In this document: in pieces, positions 48,867 to 62,300 of the stretch
Numbering within the stretch: position 1 is the first letter of the stretch
Layout: the number at the start of each line of letters is the position of its first letter
NCBI RefSeq assembly: GCF_039654945.1
Contig: NW_027361819.1
Span: 5,580,001-5,644,000 of the forward strand
Direction of reading: 5' to 3'
DNA: 64,000 nt
Origin: Dendrobates tinctorius
Taxonomy: Eukaryota
Made by a program: the position numbers and the translations under genes
Notes under the pieces: generated by a model
Databases searched by the model: none
What the model was told of the DNA's origin: nothing
What the model saw: the letters and a program-made list of their open reading frames with translations, nothing else

Positions 48867-49643
48867 TGTGAGCTGTCTTCTTTTTCTGTGAGCCACTGAT
48901 TCTTCACAGATAACCTTGCTTTTAACATGTACCTACAATTACAACAATTTTTTACTTGTATATCACGACCCTTTCCTTTTTTTTTTTATCTCCATTTCTA
49001 TTTTAATATGCATATACAAAAAAAAATTTTTCAATGATAATTTTTATTAATAATCTTTTATTCATATCATGTGATCACATTTTTATATAAAACATTTTTA
49101 TTATATTGAATAAATAAATCTTTTTTAACATATTTATACAAGTATATTCATCACCTCTCCCCCTTTTTTTCCTTCATTTTTTCGTCTGCTCAATTAGGAT
49201 GATGGTCTGAGCTGTGATCTACTGCTCCTTCCAGCTTCTTTTATAGTTCCAACACAGGTCTATCCTCGTATATTATTTTTTTCTTGTTTTTTTCATTTAA
49301 TCTTCTTTCTTTTTATATGATCTGCAAATAAATATTTTGAGTGAATTTATTAAGGTGGAAACAATATAGTTTTAAACAATTTTATGTACATTTTTTTTGT
49401 TTGTTACTGATGACCTTTGACATTTCTTCCCTGTAACATGTGACTTTTTGGCGCCAATATTTGAAATTTGTATGTATAAAACTGGGAACAATCCTGTCTG
49501 TTTGTACATATCATCCCCTGAGGAAGACGTTTCAAACTTCGAAACGCGTTGGGAAAATAAAAGTATACAAGCACACAATCTGGAAAGGAGTCGTTTTGTC
49601 TAGCAGCGCACGTTTAATCCAAAAACCATTTCTTTGAAATCTG
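48867..49643 (+). repeat. Penelope 5' pseudo-LTR
   Basis: Direct repeat of 53873-54650; also at 24212-24988 and 36543-37319. Confidence 0.92.
49514..49554 (+). ncRNA. Minimal hammerhead ribozyme in 5' pLTR (copy 3; stem II mismatch)
   Basis: A>C at 49528 (GACGTT/AACTTC). Confidence 0.82.
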
Positions 49644-49891
49644 ATGATCTATGGTCACGATGTGGCCATTTGGATGTGCAGCAGCTTGACCTCTATTTCC
49701 TTTATGCCTAAAACTCTCCTGCCTTTGGTGAGTATAATAGCTTAAATTATACACTTTTTTTCTTGGGTAAGACCCTATTGCGCTCTTTCTCTTTTAGTTT
49801 TAACCACTTACAATCCTCTGGCGGTGCCTGGAAAACATCGCCGGTGTTAGAGAATATCTGAGCAGCAGAGGGTCCGTTACTCTGTACAAGG

Positions 49892-50731
49892 ATGGAATAC
49901 TTTCTCAACAGACTCTCGTCAAGGGAACGTCTTATACTTCAAACCATCGGAAACATCGGTTTCCCTACATCTGAGGAAGAAACTAGTAACCCTTTCAGTG
50001 AGGATGAAACAAAGACTTTTCGAAAGATTTTTTATGGTTTTAAAGAAGCTATCAAGGAGGAACTCCACTACAGTCTGGACGCTCGTTTTCTATCTATCTA
50101 TCTGGAAGAGAACATTTGTCCTCGTGGACTGAGGTTAGTTTTTGACTCACCCTTTATGAATGATCTGGACTTTACACAAGACTGGGACAAGAATTTAAAT
50201 AATTGTATGCAAAAAATGATTTTATTACTATACAAGAAAAGATCTAAATTAGCAGAGCTAGCAGCAATTAAAGTAATGAATCTTTCAAAGGACCTTGTTC
50301 CTTTTCAGAAACATCCTGAATATAAAAAAATTAATTCTAATGTCATAACGCATGTTATGCAAGTAGAACACGAAACCATTTTAAAAAAAATCAAAAAAGT
50401 TGCAGAGAGATAGAGAGGACTATAGAAATAAGAATAATAATAATAAAAAAATTGAAAATATATCTGGTACGGATAATAATGATATCTCGATTACTGAGAC
50501 TCTGAATAAGACAGCTACTGGGAAAGTGTCCGAGATAACTGATGATAGACTTAATTTTGAGCAAATCTCTGTACCCCCAGAACCATTGAGTACACCCTCT
50601 ATGCTGAATTTTAAAGGTCAAATAACTAAAAATAAAGATAATATTTTTTCTAAATCTCCAGTATTGATAACCACTAAAACTACTGCACCATTAATTGAAG
50701 CCCTGAAACACTTGGAAAGTATTAAGAAACA

Positions 50732-50768
<37 letters not shown>

Positions 50769-53511
50769 TTAAGAAAAATTTAATTGACACTATTAATCCG
50801 ATTGTTAATCAAGATAACATTATCACACCCACCCCGGTGGAAGTTTCTTCACCTGCACTTATTGAGTTCCCTGACTGCATTCCTAATTCACTACTTGACC
50901 TTTCTATACATGAGGACACCGGTTTAATTTTACCCAAGGGTAACCTGATCCCTGAGGATAGCATTCCTATTACACTTAAAGATAACACGGTTTTAATTGA
51001 TAATTCTAACACAGATAACACTGCTACGGTTCCTTTTTTACCTCAAATACTGAAAAATTCACAAATAGAAAATTATTTTCCACCAAGAACTGGAAAAAGA
51101 AAAGGCTTTATAGAGGATGCCGAGGGGGCAGATAAAAAAGAAAGGGAAAATACATGCAAATTAATGGACAGAAACAAAAATAATTCCTCCATTGTCGGGA
51201 GTAATATTTTTAATTTATCCTCGTATGTTCTCACTATTGATGAAACTAAAGTCCTTTCAAAAGGATTAAATTTTTGCCCCACCTATAAAACAAATGATTT
51301 CGATCTCTTTTTAGATCTTCAGTTATTCATTAGGAAACTCACACTAAAGAGACATTTCTTATTAAGAGAAATGAATAAAAATATAAATAATCGTACACAA
51401 ATAAATGATGAAATTATTAATAAATCTGAGTTTCATTTGGATGTCCCAATTAAATCTAAATTTTATCCAGTTGAAGATAGGGGTCATCATTTAAAAGTTT
51501 TTAGCGATGTCGTCCAAAAGAAATTCAAAGAGATTACTAAAACTTCTTGTGGTCAAAAATACAATTTGACTAAGGATGAAAAAACTGCCTTGAAATCGCT
51601 TAAAACTAATACTGATATAGTGATCCGTTCAGCGGACAAAGGGGGTGGGATTGTCATTCAGAACAGAGAAGATTATTGCAAAGAAGCACTTAATATATTG
51701 TCTGATGAAAAATACTATAGAAGAGTTCCATTTGACGCTTTAACAAGATCCAAAGCGATCTATGATATATTAATTTTGGAGGGCAAGAATAACAATATAC
51801 TTGATAAAAATGAATTTAAATTTCTGAATATTATGAACCCACGAATTCCCTTCTTTTACCATCTACCTAAAATTCATAAAAGTCTAGTCAACCCCCCAGG
51901 AAGACCAATTATTTCTGGTATTAATTCACTAACCAGTAATTTATCACATTTCATTGATAGAATAATGGTCTCAAATGTCCCTTTATTAAAAAGTTTTATT
52001 AAAGATTCTACACAACTAATCCAGCACTTGCAACAAATTGAATGGAAACCTCACTATATATTTGTAACTATGGATATATCTGCTTTATATTCAAATATCC
52101 CACATGATTTAGGTCTTGCCTGCTTCAACAAGATTCTACTGCAAGACATTAGATTAAGTAAGGAACAAAAGAAGTTTCTGTTAAAAGGCATGGATGTTAT
52201 ATTGAATAATAATTATTTTACTTTTAATGGAATTCTGTACCACCAGTGCCTTGGGACTGCAATGGGCTCAAAAGTAGCACCAACTTACGCTAATATTTTT
52301 ATGGGGGTCTTTGAAGATTTTTATATTTTTAAATCCAAATGGCATAATAATTGTATTTTATATAAGAGATTCATAGATGATTTGTTTTTTTGTATGGGAT
52401 AATACTGAGAATAATATTAATGATTTTATTTGTGATATTAATAATAATATTTGGGGTTTAACTTTTTCCACTGTCTATGATGAGAACTCTATCAATTTTT
52501 TAGACATAACTATTTATATTGAGAATAATAATATTTTAACTAAAACCTTTTTTAAAAATGTTGATACAAACAGTTACATCCCGTTCAGCAGTGGTCATTT
52601 TAAAAACTGGTTAAGGAATATTCCTGAAAACCAGTACAGAAGAATAAGAAAAAATTGTACTGATATAAAAGTATTCAAGGATCAAGCTGGAATATTACAT
52701 AATAGGTTTACTGATAAAAAATATCCGGACAATCTACTTAAGAACGCTTTTAATAAATGTATTAATTTATCCCAAGAAACCCTCATTAATGGAATCAAAA
52801 CAGTTAAACCTGAAAACAATAAATTTATGACTAATTTCATCGCTCAATTTTGCTCTGATCATACTGAAATCAGGAGGATTCTGAGCAGTAACTGGCATAT
52901 TTTACTCAATGACCCTATTTTGCGGAAATGTCTTCCAGACAACCCTGGTGTTACTTTTAGAAGGGCACCCACTATTAAAAGTGTAGTAGCCCCGAGCCGG
53001 TTAAAAAATGTTTCGAAAAATAATGTTTATAATAATGAATCTCATTCTATATTCAAATATCCCCCTAAAGGTATTTATAAATGCGGCAAGAAAAATTGTC
53101 TGTGTTGCTCCTGCATTACACATAGAGATAAATGTTTTAAATCCACCAGCACTAATGAGGTTTTTCCTATCAAGGATTTCCTTAATTGCGCCACTGACTT
53201 TGTAATATATTTAATTGAATGTGAGTGCGGCAAACAGTATGTGGGTAGAACAGTCCAACCATTGCACCTAAGACTGAGTTCCCACAGACATAATATTAGG
53301 AAAGGTTTCTTAAAACATGGTCTTTCTAAACATTGTACGATTGAACACAATAAAAATCCTAATGGGTTAAAAATCAGTCCTATTGAACATATCCCTGATA
53401 ATGCGTCCGACAGAATAGGATTACTGAATAGGAAGGAGTTTTTTTTGGATCTATAGGCTAAATACCTTAAGACCAAATGGTTTAAACGAAATAACTGAGG
53501 TTTTTCTGTGA
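49892..53511 (+). pseudogene. Penelope RT/GIY-YIG polyprotein (~1200 codons), four apparent frameshifts
   Basis: RT core in 50837-52402; thumb, YKCGKKNCLCC linker and VIYLIECECGKQYVGRT (GIY-YIG) in 52377-53456; tail WIYRLNTLRPNGLNE..* in a shifted frame ending at 53511. Confidence 0.9.
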
Positions 53512-53872
53512 AAGCGCTTTAAATTGTTATTTTCCGCTCTGAATGATTTTTGTGGGTTTATCTACATCTTATTAATGTTTGCTCCTATTCACTTTCTATC
53601 ATGATTGCGTTTTTTTCAGTGCGACTTTCTGCTGATCTAATCTGACTGATCAGTGCGATCTTTCTGCCGATCTTATTTGATTGATCTATCCTTTGTCAGG
53701 GCGATTTTTTTGCTGACTCCATTTATTGTATTTTATTCTAAATGTGTTTTCTATCTCTAAAAGAAACTTTTTCTTTTTGCTTTCTCTGTACCAATTTTAT
53801 GCCGTCCCGCGGTCTGGACAAGTGTCTCCTCTTCTTGGATGCGATCCGTCTTCCCCGAGCGCTCCCCTCCTG

Positions 53873-54650
53873 TGTGAGCTGTCTTCTTTTTCTGTGAGCC
53901 ACTGATTCTTCACAGATAACCTTGCTTTTAACATGTACCTACAATTACAACAATTTTTTACTTGTATATCACGACCCTTTCCTTTTTTTTTTTATCTCCA
54001 TTTCTATTTTAATATGCATATACAAAAAAAATTTTTTCAACGATAATTTTTATTAATAATCTTTTATTCATATCATGTGATCACATTTTTATATAAAACA
54101 TTTTTATTATATTGACTAAATAAATCTTTTTTAACATATTTATACAAGTATATTCATCACCTCTCCCCCTTTTTTTCCTTCATTTTTTCGTCTGCTCAAT
54201 TAGGATGATGGTCTGAGCTGTGATCTACTGCTCCTTCCAGCTTCTTTTATAGTTCCAACACAGGTCTATCCTCGTATGTTATTTTTTTCTTGTTTTTTTC
54301 ATTTAATCTTCTTTCTTTTTATATGATCTGCAAATAAATATTTTGAGTGAATTTATTAAGGTGGAAACAATATAGTTTTAAACAATTTTATGTACATTTT
54401 TTTTTGTTTGTTACTGATGACCTTTGACATTTCTTCCCTGTAACATGTGACTTTTTGGCGCCAATATTTGAAATTTGTATGTATAAAACTGGGAACAATC
54501 CTGTCTGTTTGTACATATCATCCCCTGAGGAAGAAGTTTCAAACTTCGAAACGCGTTGGGAAAATAAAAGTATACAAGCACACAATCTGGAAAGGAGTCG
54601 TTTTGTCTAGCAGCGCACGTTTAATCCAAAAACCATTTCTTTGAAATCTG
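53873..54650 (+). repeat. Penelope 3' pseudo-LTR
   Basis: TGTGAGCTGTCTTC...TTTGAAATCTG; only a few differences from the 5' copies. Confidence 0.92.
54521..54561 (+). ncRNA. Minimal hammerhead ribozyme in 3' pLTR
   Basis: Identical to copy 1. Confidence 0.88.
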
Positions 54651-55162
54651 AAAACCCTAACCATGACATACAAAGCCATCCACAACCTGAGTCCTCCATA
54701 CATCTGTGACCTAGTCTCCCGGTAATTACCTGCACCAAACCTCCGATCCTCACAAGATCTCCTTCTCTACTCCCCTCTTATCTCCTCTTCCCACAATCGC
54801 ATACATGATTTCTCCCGCGCATCCCCCCTACTCTGGAACTCTCTACCACAACATATCAGACTCTCACCTACCATCGAAACCTTCAAAAAGAGCCTGAAGA
54901 CCCACCTCTTCCGACAAGCCTACAACCTGCAGTAACCACCGATCCACCAAACCGCTGCACGACCAGCTCTACCCTCGCCTACTGTATTATCACCCATCCC
55001 GTTGTAGACTGTGAGCCTTCGCGGGCAGGGTCCTCTCTCCTCCTGAACCAATCGTGACCTGTATTGTTTAAGATTCCTGTACTTGTATGTATTATGGATA
55101 CTCCTCCTCACATGTAAAGCGCCATGGAATAAATGGCGCTATATTAATAAATAATTATAATA
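54651..55162 (+). mobile_element. 3' remainder of the L2 LINE with terminal stem-loop and TAA-rich tail
   Basis: Reading continues KTLTMTYKAIHNL...FKKSLKTHLFRQAYNLQ*; hairpin AGCGCCAT-GGAATAA-ATGGCGCT at 55118-55140. Confidence 0.88.
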
Positions 55163-55920
55163 AAATGTATTATGTTTTTTGGTCATAGATCTAAGACAGG
55201 CTTCTTATCTTCTGTTTCACAGGGAATATGTTGTGAGCAGATAAAAAGTAACAGCCCAAAAAAAAAGCTACCAGAAAACAAGGACTACTCACATACACAT
55301 GAAATGCATGTCATGATTAACCCTCGCAGGACCAAACATTACACTTTTCAGAAATCCTGCAATACACTAGTAGGCTCTTGGAGCAATAGATACACTTTTT
55401 GGAATAAAAAAAAAAAAAAATATATTGGGTACAGCAGTGTCTCCCGCCAAACCAATTTGTAACCCATCGTCTAGCAGGTTCTTTGACACTTTCCTATACA
55501 GGTGTAATTGATTCAGATGGGCAAATCTAATGTAAACCCCAATTTAAAGATTTATTTCTGGACTGATTCAGTAGATTATTCAATGGTCTGTAATTGGCAA
55601 ATACTATACAGTCCACCTCCCCAGCCAAAAGTAAACCAAGCGACCTCCATTCAAGCAACACAAGTTATGTAGATCAGTAATTTAAGTGCCCTGCATCAAC
55701 TGTAAAACCAGCTGCCCTCGCTATAGTGCTCACCTGTCTGCCAGTGCTCCTAGGCAGTGCACGCATCAGCGCCAGCGCTCCCAGACACAGTGAGCACCAG
55801 TGCTCCCATTCAGTGTACGTGTCATTGCCAGCGCTGCCAAGCAGTATACGTACCAGTACCAGAGCTCCCAGGCATTGTACGTGCCAGCTCTAACAGACGC
55901 TGTGCACGCTAATACAGTTG

Positions 55921-56005
55921 CAGTGGCGCAGCTCCGGGTGGGCCCCCTCAGAGCGCGGGGCCCGGGGCTATGGCCCCCTCTTCTCCCCCGGTAGCTACGC
56001 TACTG
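55921..56005. mobile_element. Short hAT-like terminal remnant
   Basis: CAGTGGCGCAGCT...AGCTACGCTACTG resembles the TIR at 8427; no TSD found. Confidence 0.45.
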
Positions 56006-56331
56006 ATCCTACTAGAATGGCCGTCCACAACAGCCCAGTTTCTCATATGGTCCCTTGACAAAATTCCCTCCCACCAGATCTAAATGTAGCCACTTATACA
56101 GGATGATCAGCAGCCATGTCTGAAATCTAGTATTACGCCGGGGTCAGACATGCAAGAAACTCTCACGAGTCTTGCATGTCAATACCCGACACTGCCGCCG
56201 ACACTCGGACAGAAGTGTGCGGCTATCTACTACTATTACAAATAAGAATCAATTAATGGATGTACAGTATATCTAGACGATGACAGCACGGGGAAAATCC
56301 GACCAAACAGCAAAAAAAATCCTCCCATGTA

Positions 56332-59300
56332 AACTATTCTGCTGGTGCAGTCACTGTGTACATACATTACATTACTGATCCAGAGTTACATCCTGTATTA
56401 TACCCCAGAGCTGCACTCACTATTCTGCTGGTGCAGTCACTGTGTACATACATTACATTACTGATCCTGAGTTACATCCTGTATTATACCCCAGAGCTGC
56501 ACTCACTATTCTGCTGGTACAGTCACTGTGTACATACATTACATTACTGATCCTGAGTTACATCCTCTATTATACCCCAGAGCGGCACTCACTATTCTGC
56601 TGGTGCAGTCACTGTGTACATACATTACATTACTGATCCTGAGTTACATCCTGTATTATACCCCAGAGCTGCACTCACTATTCTGCTGGTGCAGTCACTG
56701 TGTACATACATTACATTACTGATCCTGAGTTACATCCTGTATTATACCCCAGAGCGGCACTCACTATTCTGCTGGTGCAGTCACTGTGTACATACATTAC
56801 ATTACTGATCCTGAGTTACATCCTGTATTATACCCCAGAGCTGCACTCACTATTCTGCTGGTGCAGTCACTGTGTACATACATTACATTACTGATCCTGA
56901 GTTACATCCTGTATTATACTCCAGAGCTGCACTCACTATTCTGCTGGTGCAGTCACTGTGTACATACAGTACATTACTGATCCTGAGTTACATCCTGTAT
57001 TATACCCCAGAGCTGCACTCACTATTCTGCTGGTGCAGTCACTGTGTACATACATTACATTACTGATCCTGAGTTACATCCTGTATTATACTCCAGAGCT
57101 GCACTCACTATTCTGCTGGTGCAGTCACTGTGTACATACATTACATTACTGATCCTGAGTTACATCCTGTATTATACCCCAGAGCTGCACTCACTATTCT
57201 GCTGGTGCAGTCACTGTGTACATACATTACATTACTGATCCTGAGTTACATCCTGTATTATATCCCAGAGCTGCACTCACTATTCTGCTGGTACAGTCAC
57301 TGTGTACATACATTACATTACTGATCCTGAGTTACATCCTGTATTATACCCCAGAGCGGCACTCACTATTCTGCTGGTGCAGTCACTGTGTACATACATT
57401 ACATTACTGATCCTGAGTTACATCCTGTATTATAGCCCAGAGCTGCACTCACTATTCTGCTGGTGCAGTCACTGTGTACATACATTACATTACTGATCCT
57501 GAGTTACATCCTGTATTATACTCCAGAGCTGCACTCACTATTCTGCTGGTGCAGTCACTGTGTACATACATTACATTACTGATCCTGAGTTACATCCTGT
57601 ATTATATCCCAGAGCTGCACTCACTATTCTGTTGCTGCAGTCACTGTGTACATACATTACATTACTGATCCTGAGTTACATCCTGTATTATATCCCAGAG
57701 CTGCACTCACTATTCTGCTGGTGCAGTCACTGTATACATACATTACATTACTGATCCTGAGTTACATCCTGTATTATACTCCAGAGCTGCACTCACTATT
57801 CTGCTGGTGCAGTCACTGTGTATATACATTACATTACTGATCCTGAGTTACATCCTGTATTATACTCCAGAGCTGCACTCACTATTCTGCTGGTGCAGTC
57901 ACTGTGTACATACATTACATTACTGATCCAGAGTTACATCCTGTATTATACTCCAGAGCTGCACTCACTATTCTGCTGGTGCAGTCACTGTGTACATACA
58001 TTACATTACTGATCCTGAGTTACATCCTGTATTATACCCCAGAGCTGCACTCACTAGTCTGCTGGTGCAGTCACTGTGTACATACATTACATTACTGATC
58101 CTGAGTTACCTCCTGTATTATACTCCAAAGCTGCACTCACTATTCTGCTGGTGCTGTCACTGTGTACATACATTACATTACTGATCCTAAGTTACCTCCT
58201 GTATTATACCCCAGAGCGGCACTCACTATTCTGCTGGTGCAGTCACTGTGTACATACATTACATTACTGATCCTGAGTTACATCCTGTATTATAGCCCAG
58301 AGCTGCACTCACTATTCTGCTGGTGCAGTCACTGTGTACATACATTACATTACTGATCCTGAGTTACATCCTGTATTATACTCCAGAGCTGCACTCACTA
58401 TTCTGCTGGTGCAGTCACTGTGTACATACATTACATTACTGATCCTGAGTTACATCCTGTATTATATCCCAGAGCTGCACTCACTATTCTGTTGGTGCAG
58501 TCACTGTGTACATACATTACATTACTGATCCTGAGTTACATCCTGTATTATATCCCAGAGCTGCACTCAATATTCTGCTGGTGCAGTCACTGTATACATA
58601 CATTACATTACTGATCCTGAGTTACATCCTGTATTATACTCCAGAGCTGCACTCACTATTCTGCTGGTGCAGTCACTGTGTATATACATTACATTACTGA
58701 TCCTGAGTTACATCCTGTATTATACCCCAGAGCTGCACTCACTAGTCTGCTGGTGCAGTCACTGTGTACATACATTACATTACTGATCCTGAGTTACCTC
58801 CTGTATTATACTCCAAAGCTGCACTCACTATTCTGCTGGTGCTGTCACTGTGTACATACATTACATTACTGATCCTAAGTTACCTCCTGTATTATACCCC
58901 AGAGCGGCACTCACTATTCTGCTGGTGCAGTCACTGTGTACATACATTACATTACTGATCCTGAGTTACATCCTGTATTATACCCCAGAGCTGCACTCAC
59001 TATTCTGGTGGTGCAGTCACTGTGTACATACATTAAATTACTGATCCTGAGTTACATCCTGTATTATACTCCAGAGCTGCACTCACTATTCTGCTGGTGC
59101 AGTCACTGTGTACATACATTACATTACTGATCCTGAGTTACATCCTGTATTATATCCCAGAGCTGCAATCACTATTCTGTTGGTGCAGTCACTGTGTACA
59201 TACATTACATTACTGATCCTGAGTTACATCCTGTATTATATCCCAGAGCTGCACTCAATATTCTGCTGGTGCAGTCACTGTATACATACATTACATTACT

Positions 59301-62300
59301 GATCCTGAGTTACATCCTGTATTATACTCCAGAGCTGCACTCACTATTCTGCTGGTGCAGTCACTGTGTATATACATTACATTACTGATCCTGAGTTACA
59401 TCCTGTATTATACTCCAGAGCTGCACTCACTATTCTGCTGGTGCAGTCACTGTGTACATACATTACATTACTGATCCAGAGTTACATCCTGTATTATACT
59501 CCAGAGCTGCACTCACTATTCTGCTGGTGCAGTCACTGTGTACATACATTACATTACTGATCCTGAGTTACATCCTGTATTATACCCCAGAGCTGCACTC
59601 ACTATTCTGCTGGTGCAGTCACTGTGTATATACATTACATTACTGATCCTGAGTTACATCCTGTATTATACTCCAGAGCTGCACTCACTATTCTGCTGGT
59701 GCAGTCACTGTGTACATACATTACATTACTGATCCAGAGTTACATCCTGTATTATACTCCAGAGCTGCACTCACTATTCTGCTGGTGCAGTCACTGTGTA
59801 CATACATTACATTACTGATCCTGAGTTACATCCTGTATTATACCCCAGAGCTGCACTCACTAGTCTGCTGGTGCAGTCACTGTGTACATACATTACATTA
59901 CTGATCCTGAGTTACCTCCTGTATTATACTCCAAAGCTGCACTCACTATTCTGCTGGTGCTGTCACTGTGTACATACATTACATTACTGATCCTAAGTTA
60001 CCTCCTGTATTATACCCCAGAGCGGCACTCACTATTCTGCTGGTGCAGTCACTGTGTACATACATTACATTACTGATCCTGAGTTACATCCTGTATTATA
60101 GCCCAGAGCTGCACTCACTATTCTGCTGGTGCAGTCACTGTGTACATACATTACATTACTGATCCTGAGTTACATCCTGTATTATACTCCAGAGCTGCAC
60201 TCACTATTCTGCTGGTGCAGTCACTGTGTACATACATTACATTACTGATCCTGAGTTACATCCTGTATTATATCCCAGAGCTGCACTCACTATTCTGTTG
60301 GTGCAGTCACTGTGTACATACATTACATTACTGATCCTGAGTTACATCCTGTATTATATCCCAGAGCTGCACTCAATATTCTGCTGGTGCAGTCACTGTA
60401 TACATACATTACATTACTGATCCTGAGTTACATCCTGTATTATACTCCAGAGCTGCACTCACTATTCTGCTGGTGCAGTCACTGTGTATATACATTACAT
60501 TACTGATCCTGAGTTACATCCTGTATTATACCCCAGAGCTGCACTCACTAGTCTGCTGGTGCAGTCACTGTGTACATACATTACATTACTGATCCTGAGT
60601 TACCTCCTGTATTATACTCCAAAGCTGCACTCACTATTCTGCTGGTGCTGTCACTGTGTACATACATTACATTACTGATCCTAAGTTACCTCCTGTATTA
60701 TACCCCAGAGCGGCACTCACTATTCTGCTGGTGCAGTCACTGTGTACATACATTACATTACTGATCCTGAGTTACATCCTGTATTATACCCCAGAGCTGC
60801 ACTCACTATTCTGGTGGTGCAGTCACTGTGTACATACATTAAATTACTGATCCTGAGTTACATCCTGTATTATACTCCAGAGCTGCACTCACTATTCTGC
60901 TGGTGCAGTCACTGTGTACATACATTACATTACTGATCCTGAGTTACATCCTGTATTATATCCCAGAGCTGCAATCACTATTCTGTTGGTGCAGTCACTG
61001 TGTACATACATTACATTACTGATCCTGAGTTACATCCTGTATTATATCCCAGAGCTGCACTCAATATTCTGCTGGTGCAGTCACTGTATACATACATTAC
61101 ATTACTGATCCTGAGTTACATCCTGTATTATACTCCAGAGCTGCACTCACTATTCTGCTGGTGCAGTCACTGTGTATATACATTACATTACTGATCCTGA
61201 GTTACATCCTGTATTATACTCCAGAGCTGCACTCACTATTCTGCTGGTGCAGTCACTGTGTACATACATTACATTACTGATCCAGAGTTACATCCTGTAT
61301 TATACTCCAGAGCTGCACTCACTATTCTGCTGGTGCAGTCACTGTGTACATACATTACATTACTGATCCTGAGTTACATCCTGTATTATACCCCAGAGCT
61401 GCACTCACTAGTCTGCTGGTGCAGTCACTGTGTACATACATTACATTACTGATCCTGAGTTACCTCCTGTATTATACTCCAAAGCTGCACTCACTATTCT
61501 GCTGGTGCTGTCACTGTGTACATACATTACATTACTGATCCTAAGTTACCTCCTGTATTATACCCCAGAGCTGCACTCACTAGTCTGCTGGTGCAGTCAC
61601 TGTGTACATACATTACATTACTGATCCTGAGTTACATCCTGTATTATACCCCAGAGCTGCACTCACTATTCTGCTGGTGCAGTCACTGTGCACATACATT
61701 ACATTACTGATCCTGAGTGGCATCCAGTATTATACCCCAGAGCTGCACTCACTATTCTGCTGGTGCAGTCACTGTATATATACATTACATTACTGATCCT
61801 GAGTTACATCCTGTATTATACCCAAGAGCTGCACTCACTATTCTGCTGGTGCAGTCACTGTGTACATACATTACATTACTGATCCTGAGTTACATCCTGT
61901 ATTACACCCCAGAGCTGCACTCACTATTCTGCTGGTGTAGTCACTGTGTACACACATTACATTACTGATCGTGAGTTACATCCTGTATTATACCCCAGAG
62001 CTGCACTCACTATTCCACTGGTGCAGTCACTGTGTACATACATTACTGATCCTGAGTTACATCCTGTATTATACTCCAGAGCTGCACTCACTATTCTGCT
62101 GGTGCAGTCACTGTGTATATACATTACATTACTGATCCTGAGTTACATCCTGTATTATACCCAAGAGCTGCACTCACTATTCTGCTGGTGCAGTCACTGT
62201 GTACATACATTACATTACTGATCCTGAGTTACATCCTGTATTACACCCCAGAGCTGCACTCACTATTCTGCTGGTGTAGTCACTGTGTACATACATTACA

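Larger units (their letters stand above)
40118..52455 (+). repeat. Tandem segmental duplication, unit 3 (continues into the rest of the Penelope element)
   Basis: Same junction at 40117-40120; at 52453 the sequence continues as ATATTTGGGGTTTAAC (native RT). Confidence 0.95.
48866..54650 (+). mobile_element. Full-length Penelope-like retroelement (Neptune-like) with two direct pseudo-LTRs
   Basis: pLTRs at 48867-49643 and 53873-54650; TSD AAAACCCTAACCAT (48852-48865, 54651-54664); RT, Cys-rich linker and GIY-YIG endonuclease. Confidence 0.95.

Noticed and set aside
48867-54650. LTR retrotransposon interpretation of the terminal direct repeats
   Set aside because: No gag, protease or integrase and no TG..CA ends; RT plus GIY-YIG and the hammerhead indicate Penelope.
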